NCBI GenBank assembly: GCA_047495785.1
Contig: JBLDXI010000001.1
Location: 1,984,001-2,048,000 of the forward strand
Source: Lepidodermella squamata
Taxonomy: Eukaryota > Animalia > Gastrotricha
Direction: 5' to 3'
Length of the DNA stretch: 64,000 nt
Part shown: positions 1 through 13,109 of the stretch, one piece after another
Numbering within the stretch: the stretch's first letter is position 1
Layout of the letters: each line of letters begins with the position of its first letter
Notes under the pieces: model-generated
Seen by the model: the letters and a program-made list of their open reading frames with translations, nothing else
What the model was told of the DNA's origin: nothing
Database searches by the model: none
Made by a program: the position numbers and the translations under genes

Positions 1-2488
1 GCGGATTCGACCACCAAAATCTCCACGTCTTCAAGCTTGCACTCCACTTCGAGTTCGACAGGAGCTTACAGCACGGCAACGCAAAGGATCTCGATTGATA
101 ATTCTACCATTCAAAGCAGGTCCACGGCGACATCAATGCCTATTTCTAGCAGTGTATCGACATCGGCTCGAACAGCAGAAAACAAATCGACTTTCAATCC
201 GATAACCTCGACAGTTACACCATCCAGTCGTTCGACGACTCTTGAATTTGTCTCTATTCAGACTGGTACGATTAATTCCAGTTTGACTTCGGCGTTCTCA
301 GCTTCGGCGACTACCATCAAGACCGTAACCAACCTGACATCAACAACTGCGCTTTCGAGCAATAAGACTACGACCATTTTTCCTTCAACATCACCCACAC
401 CTACTGTTCCATCTGTTACTTTGAAAACCTCGCTTTCTTCTTCGAGCACTGGAACGCCCCGACCTCCTGTAACAGCCACATCAACAAACGCCACGACAGT
501 ACCTGGCCAGCAAAATGTTACTCGCATCTCAACTTCAGGCGGTGTCGTGTCGAGCTTCACCATCACAGCGAATCCGACTAGCCGAGTTTCGTTCACTGGA
601 AAGACTACTGAAGCCGGTTCCCGATCTACTACATCTTCTAGGCAAACCACTTCCAGTGATACTACTCAGTCATCTTTGGCCTCTTCAACTAAAGACTCAC
701 TTTCAGTGTCAACAAGGGCAGGAAATAATGCAACTGACAGCACGAAAACATCATCGACATCAAGTAGCTCGGCGTCGGGATTTTCCAGCGTTACCTCGAT
801 ATCTGGACTTGAATCCACTGCTCCTGCCACTACTACCAATCTGACGCCGATAATTACGTCCGTGGCATCCAACACTACTTTGGCTGTAACCAGAATCACC
901 GCGAGTCTTTCTCCAGCCACGAGTTCTACGACGGTGCGATCAACATCGGTAAACATCGAGCGCACTACAACTTCTAGAGACTCTACAATCATGACTACGA
1001 AGCAAAGGGATATCTCTTCAACAACCGTTAGCTCGACATCTACAACTGTTAGGACATCTCTAACAGCCGATGAGACGTCATCATCACGTGATTCTTCGAA
1101 ATCTACTACTTCCGCGTGGGAGTGGAGAAGTTCAACTCCAACTTCGACAAAAGCTGATTCGACAACTCAAAGCAATGTTTTGTCGACTACTGCTCAGTCG
1201 ACTCCGTACTGGCGGTGTCCAGGCTGGTTCACTCAGCTTATTGAAACTGCCGGACTAGGAAACTCGCCAACAACTCCGCGCTCAACCACTGAGTCGGAAA
1301 TAAATGCTGCGGTGACTCAAATTTCACCAAGAGCAACCTCTCAAATCAGCTCTCCTGCAACCAAGCCATCATTCCCGAGTCAAAACTTCACATCGCCGTC
1401 TTTCACAACCAACTGGATGTTTACGAAGTCTACGAAGAATGTCGATCGGCTTAGTACTAATCAGTTCCCGCCAACGAAGCCCTCGACAAACTACCAATTC
1501 TTTGTATCTCACTCAAAATCTGGTTTCAGCGAAATCATCATTTCGGGGTATACCAGGTCCGAAGACGGTATGGTCGAACTGCTATACTTTATGCTTGGCC
1601 TAATGCTCAATTTTTTCAGATGAATGTGACGGAGAAAGTGATGCGATGCCCTATCAACAGTGTATTCGAACACCCTGTGGTACTCGCCGGGTTTGCAGAC
1701 CCGGATACGTTGCATCTTTAGTCAATCCTAAATTATGCCAACCAAGTAAAAATAACGATCTTGCTAAGAATTATTGGTAATTTATGCTATTTTTAGTCAA
1801 ATTTCTGAGACTTGGCGATCCCTGCTCTAAAATCGCTATCGACCAACAGCTCCCACCTCATACGATTTGTCGGGAGAACAAAGTTATTTGCAACTTATTC
1901 CATTACGAGAAAGACGGCACATGCGTTCCTATCGAACGCGGTCAGTTCGGTGACCAATGCGGTAGGTCGAAGAACCGATGCCTAGATGGCGATGGCCAAC
2001 TGTGGTGCGACGATGTTTCAAAAACGTGTCGCTGCTACGAAGCGCCGTGGTACATCTGGAACAACGCCACGGATTCATGCGTTCGGCCCGAATTCGGCGA
2101 CAAGTGCCAGCAAGATGCAGACTGTGGGATCGGAGGGGACACTGCAACCGGTGGCTACACTTACGGCGGGGCGGCTTGTATCCAGGGCAGATGTGGTTGC
2201 GCGAGCCGTTTCAAAAAAACCGAATATTCCTACTACGACAAGTCGACGAATCAAGTTAGAAGCAAAACAATTTGCGTCCATCGGACTTCGGTTATAGACG
2301 TGAAGGTCGGTGAGGCGTGTACTCTAGATGCTATCTACCGAGCCGATAACCCGCTGGCTGGTACTCGTGTATGCCAGGCCGGGGCGGTTTGTGAAAGATG
2401 CGATTCTCCATCAAGTGAGAGACTGCTAAGACATTTACAGAACCATCAAGGCATTTGTCAGTGTATGAAACCGGGTGGTTGTTCTTGA
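1..2488 (+). CDS. Secreted mucin-like + cysteine-rich repeat protein, array member 1 (5' end outside window)
   Basis: S/T-rich ORF of >500 aa running in from the window edge. Spliced gac g|gtatgg..ttcag|at gaa tgt (intron ~1568-1619) and cca a|gtaaaa..tttag|tc aaa (~1746-1796) into a Cys-rich exon (EFGDKCQQDADC..GGYTYGGAAC..KTICV..CTLDAI..GICQC). Stop at 2488, AATAAA at ~2549. No TM or GPI tail. Confidence 0.85.
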
Positions 2489-2973
2489 TAATTACCGTCT
2501 ATATTTTTCTGTGAAATCTCCCATGAAATCAGTCCTTCTTTTTTGTAAAATAAAATGATCTGCTTTAATTCGGATTTTATCACTCAAGAACGCTAATCGA
2601 TCTCCACTTGACATTTGTCGCGGCGATTGATCGATTGGGCTCAACAACATAAGATGTTTATTTTGACTCATTCAAACAGCCGAATAATTTTGTCAACAAA
2701 TAACCGAGAAATCGGAAATATCGGTAGTAGCAGTGTAGGTCGCATCAACAGATTTGTTGTGTATTATAATTCTGTTTACAAATGCCCCGAGTATAAACAA
2801 AAATCAGCGCGGAAATGAGGAGGAAGTAATTGAAGCGCGCCACGCGGCAGTTATATTTACCTCGAATTTTATTTATTATTTGCTGCTCATATTAGGTATA
2901 TTTTTATTGACTTTTCCGCGTTCATTATTTATCAGTAATTTAAACGCAGTAATTTATAGAAATTTCAACGCTA

Positions 2974-5900
2974 ATGATGCACATTTTTTATTGCTATGTT
3001 GTGATGTTCGCGATTTTTCGCGTTAATGAGGCCACCACGGTTCAAATGGATTTCCGCCGGCCTTGTGACCTAGTTTGCGACAATTTTCGCACTCCGATAC
3101 CCACCTGCGACGCAACGTGCCGGCCTAACGCGACAAACGAAATCTACCCGGCTCATTCGCGATGTCAAAGGAAATCATCGTCGAGCAATTTCGAAGTTTC
3201 CTGCGACAAATGTTATGAATCACGAGGTAGGAGATGCTCGCGGTCTGTTCTCGGCGAGAAAACGCGCGGCGATCGGTGCAGCAATGACTGTCAATGCGAC
3301 GCAGATCGCGGTCTCACCTGTCAACACGTTTGCAGCTGTCCGAGCTCGAGTTATCGTTTCGATGAAACCGGCGCTTGTGTTAAACGCGAATACGGCGATT
3401 CTTGCCAGCGCGACGATGATTGCAAGGTCTACGGCGGTTCTTCTGAGGGTTTCACCTACAGCGGCGGCGCGTGCGTTAATGAGCGGTGTGTTTGCGATGA
3501 AGCGAATGGCTACATGCGGACCCAGGCTAGCTTTTTGAATGCGACCAGTGGCGAAGTTTTCACGAAGAACATTTGCGTCACTGATGAGGCGACAGTCGAT
3601 GTTGAACTCGGTAAGGTTTGCTCTTTGGAACCGATCGGAGATAGTGACGACCCAGGAATTCGAGTGTGTGCTGCTGGGTCGGTCTGCTTCTCATGTCCTG
3701 AGGAGGAAATTACTTCAGCTACTGCTAATGAGGGAAAATGCCGTGAGTTGGAGATGTAGAATCTCTAAAAATTTCCAAAGTTGTGCTTTTAGGTGAGCTG
3801 ACCCGGCCTATCGTGACAATAAGAAATCAAAGTTAGATTTGAGGATACATAATTTTTAAGAATTTGTTCATCAATTTTTCTTAATTTAGAGTGCTCACAA
3901 GACGACCTTGAGAGAACTTCAAATCAAGACAGGTTCTACAGCAAAGTTGGTCGACGTGAGTCTTTCCAGTAATAAAAATTCTCGAAGTTGAATTACGATT
4001 CTCTAGTTTGTTTCCGAGACGATGATTGCGGTCGAAATGAAATATGCGAGCTTTCGCCTGTGAAACCAGTAATAATTGATGATGCTGAAGTTTAATGCGG
4101 TAAATTCATCTTTTAATAGGTTTGTTTTTCGGGATTCTGCTCATGCCTGCCCTGTCACGCAGTCGGGGGTGATAATTCTACCTGCGTCCCGAGTAATTTT
4201 CTGGGATTTTCCGAAAAGTGTTTATTTAAACATTATTTTCCAGCTATAAAAATGACGTTTGGTCAGAGATGTAGCGGAGCTCCCAACGAAATACTACCTG
4301 AAAATGCTGCGTGCTTTGCAAGAACCGTCGTTTGCCCGACTCCTCTTAAGGTGGTTTCCTATATTTTTCAACTTTTCACCCTCAATTTTTCTCCCATCTC
4401 TTAGTTCAACGGAGAAATGTGCGTGAGGGCCCAGATTGGAAAAATGGGTTTCGGTGAGACGTGCTCTGATTCTTCAGTTTGCTCCGGCGAGTTAATTTGC
4501 TCGAATAACATTGCCGATGCAGCGGTACAAAACTTCGGCGTTTGCGAATGCAATGCGAAGTTGAATGAAACCTGGAACGAAACTGACTCTCGGTGTAAAC
4601 CTCGCAACAATTCATTACGCAAACCTGTTTGCGAAGGTGAACTTAATATCACATGAAAATTCGTTTTTAAATTCCTGATTTGTTTAGAGGTGCAAGAGTG
4701 TGTAGACCTTCAGGAGAAGGACACGAACGAAATGTCGCTAGAAAATTGCAAGGCAAAATCCTCATTTACGACTTCAACTGTTTCAACCTCCAGAATCGAC
4801 ACGACCTCAAGAAGCCAAGGAATCACTACAAATTCGACGACTGGAACTGCTACTGAACCGGCCACAGTGATAACAACAACAAGCTCGACCGTTCTTACAA
4901 CTAATTTTGTTAATTGGCCTGTAGCTACAACGCCTACAGATGAAACTTTAACAACGCCGACCACGACATCAACTCCGAAAAGCACTAGTCCTCCTATTGA
5001 GATAACACGAGGTCAAACAACAGCACTTACATCAACTCTTATCGTCCGTGAATCGACCACTACGACTCCGCAATGGACTAAAGGGACTACAACTAGAATG
5101 CCGGAAATTTATCCGAACATTACTCCCCTTGACCCGTCACTCCGCATATGCTCGCCTAACGCTGAATCTAGGCTCAATTCATGTAAGTCGAATCTTGATT
5201 CAGCATTCAGCTTTTCGCACCTTTAAATCGCTATTTCAATCGAAAATGATTAAATGAGCTAAATAATAAGGAATTGAATATTTATAGATTGCTACAAAGA
5301 CAGCGATTGTGGAAACTGTGAAGCATGCGCTTTCTCAAGCGGCCGTCCCATTTGCCCGATCGGGGTTTGCAAATGTCGCCAGGGCTTCGGTAAGAGCAAA
5401 GACGGTCGATGCGAACCTCTTCGATTCCCACAACTCGGCGAGCCTTGCAGCGGGGATCATGCCGATAATGAAATTCTACCCCTCTACTCTGTTTGCCTCC
5501 GAGGTCGAGTCCAATGCAACTTATTTACCCAGCGAATTGGTCAAACATGCTGGCGACGGTCCATACCAGGTGTCTACGGCTCCCGGTGTATTAACAGCCT
5601 CGATTGTTTGGGCGGGAATAATCTACTGTGGTGCGATCGCGACCTTCAACGATGCGTTTGCTACGACCCATCTCACAAACTCAATGAACGAACTGGGAAA
5701 TGCGAAACTCGGGAGCTGGGTGACTCATGCTCGCGGCCTAAAGATTGCAAAATTTTTGGAAGTATCGAGACCGGCGGGTATACGTACGGCGGCGGGCGGT
5801 GTAATGTTGACTACAAACGGTGCGAGTGCAATTTCAATTTCATCCAGGCAAATTTCAACTACGCCCATCCTAAAACTGGAGAAATCAAATCGAAGCGCAT

Positions 5901-6144
5901 TTGTGTTCACTTTTCCTCACTCCTCGACGTAAAGCACGGCGACCTTTGCACGTAAGAGAATTTTGTTTAAAGGAATTTGATTATTTACAGTATTTTTCGA
6001 AGGTTGGATCCAATTTTCTATGGAAATAGTCCGCTGGGAAGGGTGCGCATTTGCGGACCAGGCTTGCTGTGTTCAAAATGCCCGGGCGATTTCAATTTGC
6101 ATGCTAACATGACAGCCTACGATGGCATCTGCCGTTTGCCATGA
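2974..6144 (+). CDS. Secreted cysteine-rich repeat protein with internal mucin stalk, array member 2
   Basis: Signal-peptide-like MMHIFYCYVVMFAIFRVNEA. About 10 exons join in frame via short GT-AG introns: Cys unit, partial unit, T-rich stalk (~4750-5130), terminal unit (..GGYTYGGGRC..KRICV..CT|LDPIFYG..GICRLP*). AATAAA at ~6217. Confidence 0.85.
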
Positions 6145-6544
6145 ATTGATGTTATACCATACTCATTTCTAGTCGTCTAACGATTGACTCTTCATTGAGT
6201 TTAAACTGAGATACCGAATAAAATATGAGTGTTTAAATCATCGTCGTTACCAATCGAGTTCATGTGTTTTCCCCAGCACGAAAAACACATTATGAAGCTG
6301 GAGTCTAATCAGACAGTATGAATGTGAAACTCACTTTATGCTGACGGTCCGTCAACAAAAGCTTATCATCTTAATAAGCAGCCGGTTAAGGTTGATAGTA
6401 ATTTGTATATCTCTCATCAGCTCATTAACGTGCCGGCCTGGCTGGGTAGTCAAGAGTCACGAGTTGAATGGTCATCTATAATCAAGGTGCTTTACCAACT
6501 CGAGTGAGTTATATTCTAGAAATTTTTTGAATATACCCAGTGTA

Positions 6545-9486
6545 ATGCCTTACTTTTTGGATATTCACATATTCGTAATTTTTGGCATTTTACTCTTGAG
6601 CCACCAAGCCTGGGCTGCTAATCGTGTTGGCAAAGGTTTGAACTTAAACGCTGAAAATAAAACCTTGATTGCCTAAAAAATGAAATTTGATAGCCTGCAA
6701 GGACGACACTGAATGTGCCCTCAACGAAGTTTGCACGATCCAAAGCAATCTGGGATGCACCTTAGGAACTTGCCAGTGCAAATCCTGCCATGGCGTAGCT
6801 TTCCCAGGAGAACCTTGCTCGCCAGGTAAATCTACCAGAAAAACCAAATGTATCGTAAATAAGAAAATGTTTCAGTTAAACTAAAGAAACCCTGTGATCC
6901 AAAATGTTCGCAACGGCAATGTGACAATACGTGTAATTCCAACTCACCAGGCGAAGTCTACCCGACAAATGCCTTCTGTAAGAACAGCTTTTGGCCTGGC
7001 TACAACACAGTCATTTGCAACAAATGCTTCAGCGTTTGTCCTCCTCAATAATTCAAATATTATTTGCTAAACTTTGGATTCATAGTTTGTAGATGGACTT
7101 TGTGTTCGAGAGCCTAAGGTTCCTGTCTCCCGTGGCGCAAACTGCACGGCAGATTGCGACTGTGGCGATTCAACTAGCTGCCTTGGAACTTGCCAATGCC
7201 CACCTGGGACCTCCTGGGACAGTTTAGCCTTGAAATGCAGGCAAGCAGTCTACGGCGAATCTTGCTCGTCAAATTTCGACTGCCGCCATCCCGACTTCGA
7301 TTTCAGCGGCATCTGCCTGGATGGCAAATGCGCGTGTGACAACGAAACTTCTCAACCTGGTAAAATTCGCAACTTTATTCAATCTGCCGAAACTGGGGAA
7401 TGGGAACTTGTTGAGTCAACGATCTGCATCGACAGCTCAGCGAAAATCAACGCAGCCGGTTTCAATAAAACATGCTCCTCGAATTTACGTTTCTCCCCAT
7501 CTCTCGATTCTAACTCGTCTTTCGTGCTGGACCTGTGCTCAGGGGATGATACAGTTTGCTTTCAATGCCCTGCTCCAGCAAATCACAGCAATACCGAACT
7601 GCCGAGTTGCCGAAAATTCAAGAAACCGCCTCTGAACTTCACGAATACATGCTTCAATCTAACAGATGAGGACGCGGCGAAAACTAAGCTGGATGGCCTT
7701 TGCCGAAGTGACGCCGACTGCGGCGTTAACGAAATGTGCGAGTTCAGCCCCGTAGAGCCGGCTTGTGAGTATGGCCAATGCTTCTGTTCACCGTGTTCTA
7801 GCGCAATTAGAGTTGGAAATTACACCGCCTGTTCGCCTAACAAGTTACTTACGCTCGGAGAGAAATGTTCTTCCTTAGCAAATGAGCTCTATCAGCCGAA
7901 TGCTTACTGCGCCGACTCGGATAATGGCGGCATTGTTTCATGCCGCCAGACCTATATTCAACAAGGCGCTGAAAAAGAATGCGTCCCTAGCACCCCTGGA
8001 GCGTCTCTTGGGTCCTTCTGTAAGTTATACTCTGACGATTGCACGTCCAACCTGGAGTGCTCTGGCCAAACAACCTGCCAATGCGAGGGAACAAATTCCT
8101 ATTGGGATGACAAGGTTAAGAAATGCCGGCAGAGAACCGTGGGCGAATCTTGTGTAGTCGACGAAGACTGTAGCGATGCAACCGCTCCGACAAAAGGTTA
8201 CATGTGCCTTAATGGTGTCTGTGCCTGCGATTCTCGCTTCTTGGAGGGACAAGTCAACTGTACTCTCAACTCGACTGATACGAGCCAATGTCTTAAATGC
8301 CCTGAGGACACGGAAACATCGCCTTGCAGAACTACTGCAGGAATAGCTGACTCGGTTAATTCTAATTCAACGGATCGGTGCTTCCCGGAGGAGAAGGAAA
8401 TTTCACGCACATGCGCAGCGCCGGTAAATTGAGCTAATTGCCTCAACAATTACAATTCAACAATTCTCATTCTGTCAATTTTCTAGAGTCGTATGACTAT
8501 TGGGCGGTCTTGTTTCGAAGATCGTGAGTGTGGGCGGAATGAAGAATGCGTTGACCAAGGTTTCAGCCCTGCCTGTACCTCACGCCAGTGCAGATGCAAA
8601 CCTTGCTTTGAGCGAGGCGCAAATGGAACTTGCGAGCCTTTCGTCCACCTCAAATACGGCAGCACGTGCTCAAAAGCCGAAAATGAGCTATACGAGCCGA
8701 GCCTAGCCTGTGACGGCAAGAAAGTCGGATGTGCTGAGTGTTACAAGGAAGTTAACGGATCTTGTTCTTGGCCTTCGCCTGGCCAACCAGGTGATCTGTG
8801 CCAGGAAGACTGCGAGTGCATAACTCGTCGGTGCATCAACTACCAAATGTGGTTCATGGACAGTTCGCTTAAAATTGACGACGAGACCCAGCAAGTTAAG
8901 ATGTGCTCCTGTGCCCATCGGTTCGAAATCTGGGATGAAGCAACTCAGCAATGCGTCTTGCGAGAGTTCGGCGATGCTTGTGAGAATGACTTGGACTGCA
9001 AAGCTGACGGCCGAAGTGGGCAGGGATACACACGGTTAGTCGGGGCCGCCTGTGTTAACGGGACATGCGGGTGTTCTGAAGGCTTCATGCCCACAGTCGC
9101 AACATTTTTGAAGTACGCAAAGCACGACGTAGATCACGTTATCCCAGAAAATGGCGGCAACTCAACCTACCATCAACCCATACCTACTCTGGTAGATAAG
9201 ACTATATGTGTTCACAAGTCTGCCCAACCGTTTGTGAATGCTCCGATCGGAACTGCTTGTTTGCTTGATCCAATTTTCAATGCGGGAGATGCTGCTAATT
9301 TGGCAATGGGTGTTTGCGCCCAATCAACGGTTTGTGTCAAGTGCCCAATGGATTTCGGCACGTGTCGCAATGTCAACACTACTATGCTAGCTTCAAGACT
9401 TTCCAAGGACGGTTGTAGCGTTACATCAATTATCTAATGAAGCCTTTTTAGACTCATGCGATTGGCGAACGATAAAGACGTACTGA
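6545..9486 (+). CDS. Secreted cysteine-rich three-unit repeat protein, array member 3
   Basis: MPYFLDIHIFVIFGILLLSHQAWA signal peptide. Exons join ORFs 6687, ~6876-7034, 7086-8423 and 8487-9411. A 40-nt final intron gives ..DSCDWRTIKTY* with AATAAA at 9488; if unspliced the stop is at 9437. Confidence 0.85.
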
Positions 9487-9746
9487 AAATAAACAATTTT
9501 CTTTCATCTGTAACTTCGTGTTCTGGAAGTTTCCCCAGAAAAGGGTTTGCTCCTTCATTTGAAGATAAGTTTGAGTTAGGACGGTATCAATGCCAATCTC
9601 AAACACTTTAAATTAACGTGAAGTCAGGTTTTTTTTCGAGAACCATGTCAAAAGCTAGATGAGTTTGCACCGAGAGGTTCTGCATCTGTGATAGACACAT
9701 TCAGAAAGCAAAACAGATTGTTACAAAAAACAACCTAATTTACGTC

Positions 9747-12441
9747 ATGAGAATTATTCTTTTCTTGCTGTTCGGAACCACTGTAGTTTCTGGCCAAACG
9801 AATAAGAGTATGCCTTGTCATCAGCGAACCTTGCTGCCTTATTCCTTTAATTCGTATTATAGTTTGTGCCAATGATGGCGAATGTGGGGCGAATGAAGTC
9901 TGCATCATTTCGAAGTTAGCTAACGGTCAACAATGTCAGAAGGGGGTCTGCGAGTGCAAGGCATGTTTTGGCCGAGTAAATAACTCGGCAAGCTGTACGC
10001 CAGGTTTGCTATCCACCCAAATGTAAAATATTAGACAAACCATTGAATTGTTCCTCCAGTCACATTGGTTAAGCCATGTGATTATGGCTGTTCGCCCAAT
10101 GAATGCAACTCAACATGCATTCGATCTAACGGAACTCAGATCTATCCGCCAGATTCACGATGTGTTAGCGATAACGGATGGCCCAGCGTCATTTGCTCCG
10201 ATTGCCATTTTGTATATTTCATCGCCATAGCATTTGTATTTTCTATTAATGCTATTTTTAGCCGTTCAAAGGACAATGCTTAAACAAAGATTTTGGAATA
10301 AATCCATTGCCTAGGGGAGCGAATTGCTCTGCCAATCGCTGCGCATGTGGATCTACCTTAACCTGCGCCGGCACATGTTCCTGCCCGTTAGGAAAATTCT
10401 GGAATGCATCAGCGAATAGGTGTTCAACTCGCAGGCTTGGAGATAGCTGCACTAGAGATGAAGACTGCTTCGCCGGGTCTGATCTGGAATGCATCAATGG
10501 GAAATGCGCTTGTGGTGATGACTCAAAGCTGCTCCAAACAAATTACATCGACCCTATCAGCATGCGAGTCGTGAATGTCTCCAAGTGCTTACCAAGCTCT
10601 TTACCCACTGATTTAAAGTCAGGCGATATTTGTGCTCGGTTTACGGCAACTGAGTCTGAAAACGTCGGAATTTGCGGGCAAGGTTTGATATGTCATGTTT
10701 GCCCGAATGACACAGCTACGTCTTCATGTCGGCGTATGAGCGCCTCATCGTTACTACCAGCTGATTGCTCCAAGCCGCAGCCGAATTCTGCCGTAAATGG
10801 TACCAGAAAGTCAGGTCAGCTATGCAGGGCAGACACAGAGTGCGGGACTAATGAGTATTGCTACTATGAGAACGTGCAGCCAAGATGTGTATCTGGTACG
10901 TGCAGATGCAAACCGTGCCATGATTTCCCTAGTTCCGACAGCTTTTGCCAGCCTTTCGTGAATTTACCGTTAGATTCAAGCTGCAGTGGAAAAGGTAGTT
11001 GAAGCTTCTTCAGTCAATGTAACCGGGTTATTTATGATATTCTATTTAGGTGAAAAATATCCCACAGGAGCATTCTGCGACCTTGAATCTGGAAACGTTG
11101 TGAAATGCTTGCCAGGACTGTTCAAAGGCCTCGATAAGACATGTCAACGCCAGATTGCGAGTGACAGAGTGCCCTATGGCGGGAAATGTAAGGCTGATCG
11201 CGACTGCGAGTCAGGACTCGATTGTGACATTTCAAACCCAACTTGTGACTGCTACGGCGACAGTGCGCTTTGGGACCCGACTACGTCAGTGTGTCGCCCT
11301 GGCAAACCGGAATCTTCGTGTTTTCGTTGTCCAGAGGATCAAGCGAACGCTGTGTGTAGGACGAAAGCTGTTGATGCGGTTATGAAAAAACCAACCTACG
11401 ATCAATGCTTCACTTCTGCTGAAAAGCAGGGTGCGACTTGCGCAGCTACCCAAAGCGTTAGTATGAAACTCCGCAATGTTGCTCACTATTCTTGGGTTGC
11501 TTTTAGATACCGTTCAATGCTTGCACAACGGATTCGGATTGCGGTGCAAACGAGCTATGTTCCTCAAATCCACCATGCTCTTCGAAAACTTGCAAATGCA
11601 AGCCTTGCTACAGCAAAGATCTGTCTGGTGCTTGCTCGTCGGGTTAGCTAAGCTATTTTTATTCACAATGCATAGAATTAATCGAGATTTTCTTGCAGTC
11701 AAAAAGCTGAAGGTAGGGGATAACTGCACTAATTCACCGAATGAATTGCTAGACCCCTCCATGACATGCTTTGGGAGTCGAGTTATATGCAGGAATTGTT
11801 ACAAGGTTTATTCTTGTGGTCGCATTAATTGTTTTAATATAACCCCCTTTCCTCAGGCTGACAGTAATGGTGGATGCAAATGGACTGCTAACTTAAGAAA
11901 ACCTGACGAGTCCTGCTCCAGTGACTGCGATTGCGGGTCGAACCTTCAGTGCGATTCGAAAACTTCTAAATGCAAATGCCCCAGTCCATACAACATCTGG
12001 CGCGACAGAAAGGGGGCTTGTTTTGTGAGGAGTTTTGGTGATTCCTGTCGATCGGACGCAGACTGCCAACTGGGTGGTCGAATTGGGAAAGGCTATACCT
12101 CCAGCAAAGGAGGACGCTGCTTGTCTTCGGCCTGCGGCTGCGCAAATGGCTACACACCGGTTGATGCTGGTGTCTTTTATGGTGGAGTCTTTGAAGTGCG
12201 TAAAATCTGCGTGATATCCAAAGCGGCGAATCGTTTGAATGCAACTGAAGGAAGCGAGTGCATTCTCGATCCTATTGCTCTCGCCGACAATGAAGCAGCT
12301 ATTTCGCGTGGCATTTGTGCTACAAATTTGGCTTGTGTAAAATGTTACAATGAGGGAAACGTCTTCGATTTTTCACAGCCGATAGGAAAATGTACGAAGG
12401 TTACTCCTGTTCAGTCTGAATATGCAGGTTGCTTTTCATAA
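9747..12441 (+). CDS. Secreted cysteine-rich three-unit repeat protein, array member 4
   Basis: MRIILFLLFGTTVVSG signal peptide. The first introns fall at the same positions as in member 3 (after the signal peptide, after ..CxP g|, after C..CF/CHF|). Ends ..CILDPIA..GKCTKVTPVQSEYAGCFS*, AATAAA at ~12470. Confidence 0.85.
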
Positions 12442-13109
12442 ATCAAGTGACGGTGAGCAAGTAAATGGAAATAAAACGAACCTATTGAAACAATTTTTCA
12501 CTGATCAAGCGACTGACTAGCCGGACTATTTTGTGGAGAATGATGCGTAGCTGAATTATACACTGCGCAATGTTCGGCTCCTTGCCTTTGATTTGCATGT
12601 CGTTTACAAAAAATAAACAGCGCCATGAATTTTTTTATTATTTTTCAAGTATACCCGATCTCAAAGAACTCGGAGAATTTTTACAAAATGTCACCACAGA
12701 TTCCCCACAAAAAATGACTTCTGATTAATGGTGAACCGGACTTTTTTGCGCTGTCTAGTCTGTGAATTCTAGTCTGTGTTGCATTAGCTGCAGGATACAG
12801 GATGTAATTTATTCACCTCAGCGTAGGTTCTGAGACTCATGAGACGCACATCTGTCTTATGCCAGATCTCTCATCCAATGGAGAAAAGTATACGACACCA
12901 TGAAAAATGTCGCACCAAAAAACCCCACGCTGATTTGCTGTGTTTAGGATAGAGTTAAGTGATGAACAATCGGCGGAGGAATACTTATAAAACACAGAAT
13001 GCACAGGAAATAATACATTTGAACAAATCAAGTGTCAAATAACAGCCGCTATATCGAACTTTATTGAGTGCAAAAGCCCACACGAAACAATCGAGAAACA
13101 ACCATCTGA

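Noticed and set aside
258-992. Val-rich antisense ORFs here and at 4710-4985, 48382-48759 and 48862-49185
   Set aside because: They are mirror images of Thr/Ser-rich mucin codons on the coding strand.
5309-5932. 207-aa Ala-rich ORF in the track
   Set aside because: Off-frame overlap; the true frame is the Cys-rich exon of array member 2.
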